A DNA stretch of 64,000 nt, from NCBI GenBank assembly GCA_965243025.1, contig CBDETY010000003.1:4480001-4544000 (forward strand), read 5' to 3'. Of this stretch, positions 9,761-18,949 are shown piece after piece. A model generated the notes under the pieces. The model was not told the origin of the DNA and ran no database searches. It saw only the letters and a list, made by a program, of their open reading frames with translations. The stretch is from Candidatus Latescibacterota bacterium. Lineage in GTDB: Bacteria > Latescibacterota > UBA2968 > UBA8231. Both the position numbers and the translations under genes were made by a program. The first letter of the stretch is position 1. Every line of letters starts with the position of its first letter.

Positions 9761-10579
9761 TCATCCCTGCCACGCGAAGTTCATCACCATGAGAGCCGCC
9801 CCCAGTGCGAGGCGGTAAGCGGCGAAGACGTGGGTTCCGTGGCGCTCGAGGAAACGGAGGAGGAAACCTATCGCCAGGTAGCCGCTGACACCGGCCGCGG
9901 CGATGCCGACGGCGAGACTGACGAGATCGCCGCCCTCCCCACGCATCAGCTCGAGCAGCTGCAGCAGCCCGCTGGCGGCGATGGCGGGAAGCCCGAGCAG
10001 GAAGGAGAAACGGGCGGCCTCCTTCCTGCGGAGTCCGGCGAGCAGGCCCCCGGCGATGGTCACTCCGGAGCGGGAACTCCCGGGAATCAGGGCCAGGGCC
10101 TGGCATAGCCCGATGAACTGAATGCGCCAGAAGCCCAGACTTTCCATGCCCCGGTTGCGCTTGCCGGCCTTCTCGGCAATCAGGAGCATGACCGCCCCCC
10201 CGATCAGCGCGGAGGCCACGATCGACAGTCCGCGCGCCCCGTCCTCTGCCTCGATGAAATCCCGGAAGCCCAGGCCGAGCACGGCGATCGGCAGGGTGCC
10301 GGGGATGATCGCCCAGGCGGCCAGCGAGTCCCGGCTGTGGCTCAGGTCGCGCAGGCGCAGGCCCTCCCAGGCGGCGGCCGTCAGGCGTTTGATGTCCGCG
10401 GCGAAATAGATGAAAACCGCGGCCAGGGTGCCGATCTGAATGGCCGCGGAGAACGCCGCTCCGGGGTCCTCCCATCCCAGGAAGAAAGGGAGGACGCGGA
10501 GGTGGGCGGTGCTGCTGACCGGCAGGAATTCCGTCAATCCCTGGACGATCCCGAGTACGAACGACTGCGCTGATGTCAT
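9761..10579 (-). CDS. uppP: Undecaprenyl-diphosphate phosphatase
   Basis: GIVQGLTEFLPVSSTAH, PGSSRSG, AARFSFLL; start placed at MTSAQ inside the longer track ORF. Confidence 0.95.
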   Translation of the reverse strand: MTSAQSFVLGIVQGLTEFLPVSSTAHLRVLPFFLGWEDPGAAFSAAIQIGTLAAVFIYFAADIKRLTAAAWEGLRLRDLSHSRDSLAAWAIIPGTLPIAVLGLGFRDFIEAEDGARGLSIVASALIGGAVMLLIAEKAGKRNRGMESLGFWRIQFIGLCQALALIPGSSRSGVTIAGGLLAGLRRKEAARFSFLLGLPAIAASGLLQLLELMRGEGGDLVSLAVGIAAAGVSGYLAIGFLLRFLERHGTHVFAAYRLALGAALMVMNFAWQG

Positions 10580-11029
10580 GGAGTACCGGCCGCGGGGAAG
10601 GTGCAATACTAACCCCGGGTACCGCGCTTCGACAAGCAGGTTCCTGCCCGTTCCGCAGATTCCCGGCACACCGGTATCGCACCCGGTCCCCGGCCGTCGC
10701 CGGCGGATGGGCTGGTCAGCGTCACCTGGCTCGATTCGACCGGAAGCGCGTCGCCGCCGGCGGCAGATCGAGCGTGCTGACCCGCATATTTTCAGCGCGC
10801 CGCGGCAGTTCGCGAAATGTTTGTCCGGGGCGGGAAACGCGTTTCGTGCGAAGCCCGTTCGGCGCCCACCGCCGCCAGGTCCCGTTCCCGGGCAGCCTCG
10901 CGGTTGCCGGCCCGAACTATCTGAATTATTTTGAGTTACGAGCAATTCAAGAGCGGCTGATACGGGCCCGTTCCGGCGGTTTCCGGACGCTCTTCCCCCC
11001 GCCGGCGCCCGGCCCCTGCAACGCCCCGC

Positions 11030-13954
11030 ATGAGCGACCCCCGCCCACAACGAAGGTTCTCCAGCCGCCTCGGACCGCGGCAGCGCAAGCTGCTGCTCGT
11101 CGTTCTCGGTCTCGGCGTCTTCATGTTCGCCGACACCCTTTACCTCCTGATCAACAGGCTGGCCGACTTTCTGCAGATCGGCTACTTCGCCGTCACCGAG
11201 ACCTCGCTTCCCAAGTTCTACCAGGTGATGGTGCTGTCCCACACCGCCGTCGGCCTTGTGCTGGTGGTGCTCGCCATCGTTTTCGTCGAGATGCACCTGC
11301 CGGTCGTCTGGCGGCGCAGCCGCCGCCGCGCCATCGCCACCGGCATCGTGACCATCGGGCTGGGGCTGCTCCTGACGGTCACCGGGCTGTTCATCCTCAG
11401 CGCCGCAAACAACCGCGAGAACCGGTGGGCGTTCTGGAGCCACGTCGGCGCCGCGGCCCTGCTGCCGCTGTTCTACCTGCTGCACCGGCGCACCTCGCGC
11501 TGGAAGCCCTCATCCCTCAGCTACCGCGTCGTGCCCGCGGCCATCGCCGCAATCGCCCTGGTCGCCGTCGGCCTTCACGGAGTCACATACGTCCGCGAGG
11601 CCTACACCGAGGCGGCGGAGAAGGCGTTCGCCGAGGGCACCCATCTCGGGGCCGGATCGAAGCTGCGCGACGTCGCCGAGTACGCGCCGGACGCGTTCGT
11701 TCCGGCCAACTTCGTTCCCGCCGAAAGCCCGTTCTTCCCCGCGGCGACGACGACCACCACCGGATCCTACCTCCCGTCCCGCATCATCACGCGCGGCAAC
11801 CCTCCCGGCGCGGAGCGGCTGTCGGGAGACCTGCGCAAGCACGGGTTCGTCGTCGAAGAGCGGATCGGGGCGGCCCAGTGCGCCGGCTGCCACGCCGACG
11901 TCGTCGAGCAGTGGTCGAAATCCGCGCACCGTTTCGCCTCGTTCAACAACCCGTTCTACGAGGCGACGATCAACAACATGAGGGAGGTATCGGTCGAGGG
12001 GAACGCCGAAGTCGCCGCCCACATCGCCTATTTCAGGGAGCGGGCCCCTGCAAGCCTGCGCGAAGACCTGGAAAACAAGGAAGCCCTGGTGAAATCGAAG
12101 TGGTGCTCGGGATGCCACGACCCGGCGCTGATGCTCGCCGGCCAGATGACGAGCGAGATCGACCGCGAGACCCCGCAGGCCCAGGCGGGACTGACCTGCC
12201 TCGCCTGTCACGCCATCGACCAGATCGACGGGGTCACGGGCAACGGCAACTACAACATCGCCGACGAGCAGGAGGATCCCTACCTGTTCGCCGAGGCGGA
12301 AGCCGGCCTCGGCCGCTTCGTGCACGACACCGCCCTCAAGGCCCGCCCGGAAGTGCACAAGCGGCAGATGCTCAAGCCGTTCTTCCGCACCTCGGAGTTC
12401 TGCGCAACCTGCCACAAGGTCAGTCTCGACACGCGCGTCAACAACTACCGCTGGCTGCGGGGCCAGGACGAGTACGACAACTGGCACGACAGCGGGGTGT
12501 CGCTGAACGCGGCGCGCACCTTCTACCTGCCCGGGGCAAAGCGGGTCTGCCAGGACTGCCACATGCCCCTCGAAGAGGCGGTTCTCGGAGACGTCGCCGC
12601 CAAGGACGGCATGGTGAAATCGCACCGCTTCCTCGCCGTCAACACCGCCCTCCCTTTCCTGCGCGGGGACACCGAGACCATCGCGCGAATCGAGGAGTTC
12701 CTGCGGGACGAGAAGCTCCGGGTCGACCTCTTCGCGGTGCGCCGCGAGGACGGCGGCGAAGTCCTCGCGCCCGCCGGTGAGGTCGCGGTTTCCCCGGGAG
12801 AGCGGATACAGTTCGACGTCGTCGTCCGCAACAAGGGGGTGGGCCACACCTTCCCCGGCGGCACCAACGACTCCAACGAGGGCTGGCTCGAGGTGACCGC
12901 CGCCGACGGACAGGGGCGCACGCTGGCGGCAAGCGGCCTGGTCAGGCAGGACGGGCACGTCGACTTCGGGGCCCACTTCTACAAGGCGCTCCTGGTCGAC
13001 CGCCACGGCGAGGCGATCCACAAGCGCAACGCCCAGGACATCTTCGCCCCGGTCTACGTCAGGGTGATCGGCCCCGGGACCGCCGACGTCGCCCACTACG
13101 AGCTCGAGGTGCCCGGGGACCTGTCCGGGGGGCGGATCGCCGTCCGGGCGCGGCTGCTGTGGCGGAAGTTCGACCGCCGCTACACCGAGTTCGCCTTCGA
13201 CAACAACCGCGCCGGCTTCGCCGGGTTCGACGCCGTTCCCGACCTGCCGGTGACCGAGATCGCCGCCGACACCCTGACCCTGGCGGTCGCTCCCGAAAAC
13301 CCGGGCGCTTCAGGCTCACGGGCGCCCGAAGACTGGGTCCGCTTCAACGACTACGGCATCGGCCTGCTGCTGCAGGGGGACACCCGGGGCGCCATGGCCG
13401 CCTTCGAGACCGTCGCCGAGCTCGCCCCGCAACGCCTCGACGGCCCGCGCAACATGGCGAAGACGGCGCTGCGCGACGGGCACCTCGACGAGGCCTACCG
13501 CCACCTGCAGCGCTGCGAGGAGCTGAAGACCGGCGACCCCCAGACCGCCTGGGTGTGGGGAGTGGCGCACCAGAAGAACGGGCGCTACGCCGACGCCGAG
13601 CTCGCCTACCGCCACGTGCTCGCCTCCTTTCCCGATGACCGCGCCTCCTGGCGCAACCTCGGCCGCGTCCTCTACCTCGACGGCCGCTTCGACGAGGCGC
13701 TGGAGGCGCTCGACCGGGTGCTCGCCATCGATCCGGAGGACCGCGTCGCCCACTACCACCGCATGCTGTCGCTGCGCGCCCTCGGGCGGGAAGCGGAAGC
13801 GAAGCTGGCCGAGGCTGCCTACCAGTACCACCAGATCGACGAGTCGGCCCAGGCCGTCACCCGCGCCTACCGCCTGCGGCACGGCGACGACAACCGCGAG
13901 GTCCAGGCGATCCACATCCACCAGCTGGCAGCAGCCCCGGGCCGGCAGAGATGA
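11030..13954 (+). CDS. Membrane-anchored multiheme c-type cytochrome (5 CxxCH) with C-terminal TPRs
   Basis: About 5 N-terminal TM segments; CAGCH, CSGCH, CLACH, CATCH, CQDCH; WSKSAH; GHTFPGG; TPR-like repeats at the C-terminus. Confidence 0.88.
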   Translation: MSDPRPQRRFSSRLGPRQRKLLLVVLGLGVFMFADTLYLLINRLADFLQIGYFAVTETSLPKFYQVMVLSHTAVGLVLVVLAIVFVEMHLPVVWRRSRRRAIATGIVTIGLGLLLTVTGLFILSAANNRENRWAFWSHVGAAALLPLFYLLHRRTSRWKPSSLSYRVVPAAIAAIALVAVGLHGVTYVREAYTEAAEKAFAEGTHLGAGSKLRDVAEYAPDAFVPANFVPAESPFFPAATTTTTGSYLPSRIITRGNPPGAERLSGDLRKHGFVVEERIGAAQCAGCHADVVEQWSKSAHRFASFNNPFYEATINNMREVSVEGNAEVAAHIAYFRERAPASLREDLENKEALVKSKWCSGCHDPALMLAGQMTSEIDRETPQAQAGLTCLACHAIDQIDGVTGNGNYNIADEQEDPYLFAEAEAGLGRFVHDTALKARPEVHKRQMLKPFFRTSEFCATCHKVSLDTRVNNYRWLRGQDEYDNWHDSGVSLNAARTFYLPGAKRVCQDCHMPLEEAVLGDVAAKDGMVKSHRFLAVNTALPFLRGDTETIARIEEFLRDEKLRVDLFAVRREDGGEVLAPAGEVAVSPGERIQFDVVVRNKGVGHTFPGGTNDSNEGWLEVTAADGQGRTLAASGLVRQDGHVDFGAHFYKALLVDRHGEAIHKRNAQDIFAPVYVRVIGPGTADVAHYELEVPGDLSGGRIAVRARLLWRKFDRRYTEFAFDNNRAGFAGFDAVPDLPVTEIAADTLTLAVAPENPGASGSRAPEDWVRFNDYGIGLLLQGDTRGAMAAFETVAELAPQRLDGPRNMAKTALRDGHLDEAYRHLQRCEELKTGDPQTAWVWGVAHQKNGRYADAELAYRHVLASFPDDRASWRNLGRVLYLDGRFDEALEALDRVLAIDPEDRVAHYHRMLSLRALGREAEAKLAEAAYQYHQIDESAQAVTRAYRLRHGDDNREVQAIHIHQLAAAPGRQR

Positions 13955-15765
13955 CCGTCCCGGCTACCCTGCGCCCGGCGCTCGCGGGCGCCGCGGCCCT
14001 GCTCCTGATTTCAGCCTGCGGTGATGAGAAGGTCGAGGAGGCCGCCCCGCCTCCGGCCTACACCCGCACCGATCCGGCGCCCGACTACACCTCGGTGAGC
14101 GAGCGCAGGCAGCCGCCGAGCGTCCGCTTCACCGACATCGCCGCCGAAGCCGGAATCGAGTTCGCTCACGAAACCGGCGCCGCCGGGGACAAGTGGATGC
14201 CGGAGACGATGGGCAGCGGCTGCGCCTTCCTCGACTACGACGGCGACGGGGACGACGACATCCTTCTCGTCAACAGCACCCATTGGGAAGGGCCCGCCCC
14301 CGCGGCCGGAGCCCCTCCGACCAGCGAGCTGTTCCGCAACGACGGCAGCGAGTCGTTCGCCGAGGTCACCGCCGAGGCCGGGCTCGATTTCTCCGTGTAC
14401 GGCATGGGGGCCGCCGCGGCCGACTGCGACGGCGACGACGACGTCGACATCTACCTGACCACCCTCGGCCCGAACCTGCTGCTCGAGAACAGAAACGGCC
14501 GCTTCGCCGACAGGGCCGCGGCCGCCGGAGTTCAGGGAGACCTGTGGGAGGACGAAGCCGGCCGCAGCCACCCCGAGTGGTCGACGGGGGCCGCGTGGGT
14601 GGACGTCGACGGCGACGGCTGGCTCGACCTGTTCGTCACCAACTACGTGCGCTGGTCCCCCGACACCGATCTGTTCTTCTCCTTCGACGGGGAGAACAAG
14701 TCGTACGCCACGCCGCAGCAGTACCCCGGCTCGACCTGCCGCCTCTACCGCAACCGCGGCGGCGGGGGCTTCGACGAAATAACGGAGGAAGCGGGAGTGC
14801 TGCTCCCCCACGCCAAGTCGATGGGGGTCGCGGTGGCCGACTTCGAGGAGGACGGGCTTCCCGACCTCGTGGTCACCAACGACACGCAGCCGAACTTCCT
14901 GCTGAGAAACACCGGGGGCCGCTTCGAGGAGATCGGCCTCGCCGTCGGCATCGGCTACGACGAGTCGGGCCGGGCGCGCGCCGGAATGGGGGTCGACGTC
15001 GCCTCGCTGGACAACGACGGCGCGGCGACGATCGGCATCGGCAACTTCAGCCGCGAGGCCCTGTCCCTCTACCGCCGGCAGACGAGCACCGCGTTCCTCG
15101 ACGTCGCCGGACGCAGCCGCCTGGTGCAGCCGACGCTGCCCACCCTGACCTTCGGCCTGCGCTTCTTCGACTACGACCTCGACGGCTTCCAGGACCTCAT
15201 CATCGCCAACGGCCACATCGAGCCGGAGATCAACGCCGTGCAGAAGGAGATCGAGTACGCCCAGCCACCGCAGCTGTTCTGGAACGACGGGGGGGGAATT
15301 CTGATCGAGGTGTCGGAGCAGTCGGGGGCGGTGTTTCAGCAGCCCATGGTCGCGCGCGGCCTCGCCGTCGGCGACATCCAGAACAACGGCAGACCGGACG
15401 TCCTGATGACGGAGAACGGGGGCGGCGCCCGCCTGCTGCGCAACGAGGGAGGCTCAGACTCCGGGGCGGTCTGTTTCCGCCTGCGCGGCCGGCCTCCCAA
15501 CCGGGAAGCCATCGGGGCGCGCGTCGCCCTGACCGCCGGGGGGCAGCGGCAGCAGGGGATGGTGCGCACCGGCTCCTCCTACCTCAGCCAGAGCAGCCTC
15601 GTCCTGACCTTCGGACTGGGAGCAGCCTCATCGGTCGACAGCCTGAGGGTGCGGTGGCCGGACGGCAGCGAAGAGGTGATTGCCGAGGGAGTGGACCCCG
15701 GTTTCAGTTACCTCGTCGCCCAGGGCGAGGGGATCCTCAAGGGAATTCGTTTTGGGGCGAGATAA
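13951..15765 (+). CDS. CRTAC1-like FG-GAP/VCBS-repeat lipoprotein with ASPIC/UnbV domain
   Basis: Lipobox LISAC; repeated DxDGDGxxD motifs; NREAIGARV, GSSYLSQS, FGLG, VRWPDG; ATGA overlap with the upstream gene. Confidence 0.92.
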   Translation: MTVPATLRPALAGAAALLLISACGDEKVEEAAPPPAYTRTDPAPDYTSVSERRQPPSVRFTDIAAEAGIEFAHETGAAGDKWMPETMGSGCAFLDYDGDGDDDILLVNSTHWEGPAPAAGAPPTSELFRNDGSESFAEVTAEAGLDFSVYGMGAAAADCDGDDDVDIYLTTLGPNLLLENRNGRFADRAAAAGVQGDLWEDEAGRSHPEWSTGAAWVDVDGDGWLDLFVTNYVRWSPDTDLFFSFDGENKSYATPQQYPGSTCRLYRNRGGGGFDEITEEAGVLLPHAKSMGVAVADFEEDGLPDLVVTNDTQPNFLLRNTGGRFEEIGLAVGIGYDESGRARAGMGVDVASLDNDGAATIGIGNFSREALSLYRRQTSTAFLDVAGRSRLVQPTLPTLTFGLRFFDYDLDGFQDLIIANGHIEPEINAVQKEIEYAQPPQLFWNDGGGILIEVSEQSGAVFQQPMVARGLAVGDIQNNGRPDVLMTENGGGARLLRNEGGSDSGAVCFRLRGRPPNREAIGARVALTAGGQRQQGMVRTGSSYLSQSSLVLTFGLGAASSVDSLRVRWPDGSEEVIAEGVDPGFSYLVAQGEGILKGIRFGAR

Positions 15766-15778
15766 ACTCAGATTTCCC

Positions 15779-15821
15779 AAAAAATAACCCAGCGAGCCCC
15801 CCTGTTCAGAGGACTGCTGGG
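15779..15821 (-). terminator. Intrinsic terminator of the small ORF
   Basis: Minus strand CCCAGCAGTCCTC...GGGGGCTCGCTGGG hairpin (about 13 bp including G-U pairs) followed by TTATTTTTT. Confidence 0.7.
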
Positions 15822-15834
15822 GTACCTTGGAGGT

Positions 15835-15912
15835 CTACCAGATCAAGAGAACGATCAGGATGATAACCCTGTCGTCCACCTCAAAGGCAAACCACTTGGT
15901 TACGATCTTCAT
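15835..15912 (-). CDS. 25-aa small hydrophobic peptide MKIVTKWFAFEVDDRVIILIVLLIW (candidate type I toxin)
   Basis: AGGAGG SD 7 nt upstream of ATG, TAG stop, own downstream terminator; below the ORF-track length cutoff. Confidence 0.6.
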   Translation of the reverse strand: MKIVTKWFAFEVDDRVIILIVLLIW

Positions 15913-16076
15913 GTCGTAACCTCCTAAAATAATAACACGTTAAACCCCTTTCCTACTATGAAATCCTACTTGGCGGTCTCCTACTGCTTTGTTCTGATCT
16001 CTGTCTACGTCTTGAGTTCCCCAAAAGGGCCGGTTTTCCCGGTTCACGTGGGGGATACCACGAGAAGGGTTGAAAA

Positions 16077-16099
16077 TTGCCGCCGACGGCGACTTTTTT
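16077..16099 (+). terminator. Possible weak intrinsic terminator
   Basis: TTGCCG-CCGA-CGGCGA hairpin followed by CTTTTTT. Confidence 0.35.
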
Positions 16100-16163
16100 G
16101 ACCACCTCCTTTAGAAACGACGCCGCGCGACCGCTTTGCAGAAGTGTACCAAGCGGAAATCGG

Positions 16164-16887
16164 ATGCCAAGCACTTCTTGGCCGGAGGGCCTCCAAGGAG
16201 CGGTATCCATCAACTACGACGAGGCGCTCACCTGTCACCACGAAGCGGTCCCTCCCGCCCGGGAAAACCCATGGCCTGCGGGTGACCTTTTACACATTTC
16301 ACCAGCCTGATGAACACCCCCGGTGCCTGGCGCGATGTTGCCGGGAAGAGCCATGGGCTGGGCAGCCATAGCATCTTCCACCCGTGGCGGAAGGACCAGG
16401 ACTGGCTCCGCGCCGAGTACGACCTGCGCAGTTACACCCCGGGCCAGTGGAGCGGAGGAAATACGCGCCGCCAACGCCATCCTGTCGTCGCTCGACGGCC
16501 GGGAGGAGCGTTCATTCGGAAACACCTGCTGCAACACCGATCTGGGGGAAGGGGGGGTTCACGCGCCTAGAGCCGCTGATCGAGGAACTGTTCGCCTCCG
16601 ACCGGGCCCTTGAACAACGGGATCGTCGGTCCCGCGACCATCGACTTCAATGCCCTGGGGCACTTCAGCGGCGACGGCCGGGGTTTCGACCCCCTGCTGC
16701 AGATCGACGCCGCCGTCGCCTCGGGGGCTGGATCATCCACATGACCCACGGAGTCGGCGAAGGCACTCACAGCTTTTTACCGATCCAAGTATGCACCAGC
16801 CCTTGGTCGAATAACTCGGGAAGCAGAGGGACTTTTATCTGGAGCCCCGTGGGGGCGATTGCGGGCTACCTGCGCAACAGTATCTGA
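16164..16887 (+). pseudogene. Frameshifted polysaccharide deacetylase (CE4) pseudogene
   Basis: Motifs are spread over alternating frames: WPEG..GAVSINYDEAL / HGLRVTFY / HGLGSHSIFHP / EEIRAANAIL..SFGNTCC / GWIIHMTHGVG; about six frame changes are needed. Confidence 0.75.
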
Positions 16888-17073
16888 AGAATTCTGGCTT
16901 GTAGGCACTTCCCACGGAAGTAGCGCTTAATTTACCGACTAATCCACTAAGCTAACGACGCTGGATGCCAACTTTTTCGAATTATCCCCGCCCCCCCGGG
17001 TCACCGGCGAAGCAAAGCCACTTTTCAAACCAGATCAGAAGGACCCCTGTTCCCGCGAACTGATCCAGTTAGG

Positions 17074-18354
17074 CTATGACATTTTGTGCTTTCTAAGTAA
17101 GACTATCCGGTTGGTGTTGGTCCCTTTTTTGAGATTATCTACGCCCCAACAATTTGAAGTTTTTGTAAATTTCTGGTCATTCACCAAAACTAGAAGAGGA
17201 TCTAAACCAGCTTCAGCGGCGGCAGGAACAACAAGAGATTCCAGTAAGATTTTCCCATTCCGAACCTCCCCCACTTCAAAGGCAACATACCCATTTGGTT
17301 TGAGAATTCTCCTCAACTCGAGAAATACGCGATGCATGGCAGCTTGCCATTCTTCTGGTTTCTTCATATGCCAAATGTTCACGGCTTCCGCATTTATCCC
17401 GTTAAACCAGCATCGAAGCCAGTTGTCTGTTTGATAGTCAACCACGTCCAAAAAAGGAGGTGAGGTAACAACTAAACTAACGGATCCGGATTCAATTTCC
17501 GGTGTGCTTTCTGAAGATCCTGTTACAAGTAAGGCGTTCTTACTAGATTGCGACAGCATTTCAGCGTCATTTCTATTCATCTTGCTGAGTAGAGATACAG
17601 ATTTCTTATAAATAAGATCTCTGATATTCCTAATGGGAGGACTCTGGTCTCTATTTTTGTTTATTTTTGCCTGTCGTTCAATCGTAACCGCTTGATTGGG
17701 GGGAAGCGTATATACCGAAAAAAATCCGGGAGAATGACCTGTCAACCTGTTTGTAGCAACCATTCTTATCCATTCATCGGTCACATCGAGGCTGGCATCC
17801 TCTTGTTTCTCAAGTAAGTAATTTCGCAAGTTGGTTATTTGGACAAGAGTACCAGGATGATAAAAAGTTAGCAATTCCTCCCAAGTGCTACATCCCATTT
17901 CCAAGGGGATTTTTCTGAGTCGCTCAAAGATAGCGTCCGTTGGGGGGGGGTTGAGTCTAGGTCCTACCAAAATTTTGCTTAAAGGGTTTATATCCGTACC
18001 AACGGGTGTTCGCCCAAATAGAGCAGCCTCAATTACCGTGGTTCCCCGTCCCATAAAAGGATCGTAGATAAGGTCTCCTGAACAAGAAAGTCTTTGAATG
18101 AAAAACCTAGGCAACTGAGGCTTGAAGCAAGCACGATACGATACTTCATGAAGCGTATGAGCTGCTCTTTGCTGGGAAGTCCAGAATTCATTGACATAGA
18201 CTGGAATGTCGAAATCCGAATCCGGGAATTTTAAAACTATCGTCGCCTTATGGAAGTCGTTAAATCGTTCGATATCTGATTGAAACCTTTCAAAAGAAAG
18301 TGATCCAATCTGAGGGTTAGACTGATCAAAAAATTGTAATTGATTTGCGGTCAT
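17074..18354 (-). CDS. Amino DNA methyltransferase (N4-cytosine-type SPPF, motif I before motif IV)
   Basis: YDPFMGRGTT (motif I), GTDINP, VVTSPPF (motif IV), RRILKPNG; markedly lower GC than the flanks. Confidence 0.9.
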   Translation of the reverse strand: MTANQLQFFDQSNPQIGSLSFERFQSDIERFNDFHKATIVLKFPDSDFDIPVYVNEFWTSQQRAAHTLHEVSYRACFKPQLPRFFIQRLSCSGDLIYDPFMGRGTTVIEAALFGRTPVGTDINPLSKILVGPRLNPPPTDAIFERLRKIPLEMGCSTWEELLTFYHPGTLVQITNLRNYLLEKQEDASLDVTDEWIRMVATNRLTGHSPGFFSVYTLPPNQAVTIERQAKINKNRDQSPPIRNIRDLIYKKSVSLLSKMNRNDAEMLSQSSKNALLVTGSSESTPEIESGSVSLVVTSPPFLDVVDYQTDNWLRCWFNGINAEAVNIWHMKKPEEWQAAMHRVFLELRRILKPNGYVAFEVGEVRNGKILLESLVVPAAAEAGLDPLLVLVNDQKFTKTSNCWGVDNLKKGTNTNRIVLLRKHKMS

Positions 18355-18831
18355 TCACATCCTCCGAATTAAGTTCAAGGCTTTTTCCCTTGTGATTTTG
18401 GTTGTGGTCCCCAATTTACCTTTTTCCCACCACTCTCTCACTGTTTCAACCGGTATAATCCAACAGGGAACCGAAGGGAACTTCTGAATGTCGGAGACAA
18501 TATACCCTGCTACTTCGTCCAATTTTTCAAGAAACCCAGATTCTTCAAATCTTCGCCCTGAACCAACCATATAACTGGGGCAAAAATATATCCCACCAGA
18601 CGATACACTTCGAACTTCCCATTTCTGGCCTTCAGAGTCAAGAGCATCGTAGCCTGCCCCTTCACTGTCTGCAAGTGAACCGTCCAACACCTCGTACGCT
18701 ATGCGTCTTTCAAGTAAAAAGGAAATCCTTCTTCCGTCCCTGAAATACTCCTTGACATCTTTTTCGGAAATCTTCAATGCTTTTGCAATTTCTTGTATAT
18801 CCCATTCGAACCGTTCTTGTCCAATAGTCAT
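18355..18831 (-). CDS. Putative PD-(D/E)xK type II restriction endonuclease, PvuII-like
   Basis: GYDALDSEGQKWEVRS resembles the R.PvuII catalytic segment as I recall it; 158 aa; stop abuts the MTase start; low GC. Confidence 0.6.
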   Translation of the reverse strand: MTIGQERFEWDIQEIAKALKISEKDVKEYFRDGRRISFLLERRIAYEVLDGSLADSEGAGYDALDSEGQKWEVRSVSSGGIYFCPSYMVGSGRRFEESGFLEKLDEVAGYIVSDIQKFPSVPCWIIPVETVREWWEKGKLGTTTKITREKALNLIRRM

Positions 18832-18949
18832 CTTATCCTCTCGTAAAGGTAAAAGTGCCTAAGTAAGACAACGATTTTTCGCCCGTGATCACCCGGTCTG
18901 ACTAACAGGCCCTCAAATCTATTCCCAATTCGTTGCTGTAACCATACGC

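Noticed and set aside
15958-16101. 47-aa plus-strand ORF MKSYLAVSYCFVLISVYVLSS... with hydrophobic N-terminus
   Set aside because: No SD (pyrimidine-rich upstream) and it runs through the putative terminator; cannot be fully excluded as leaderless
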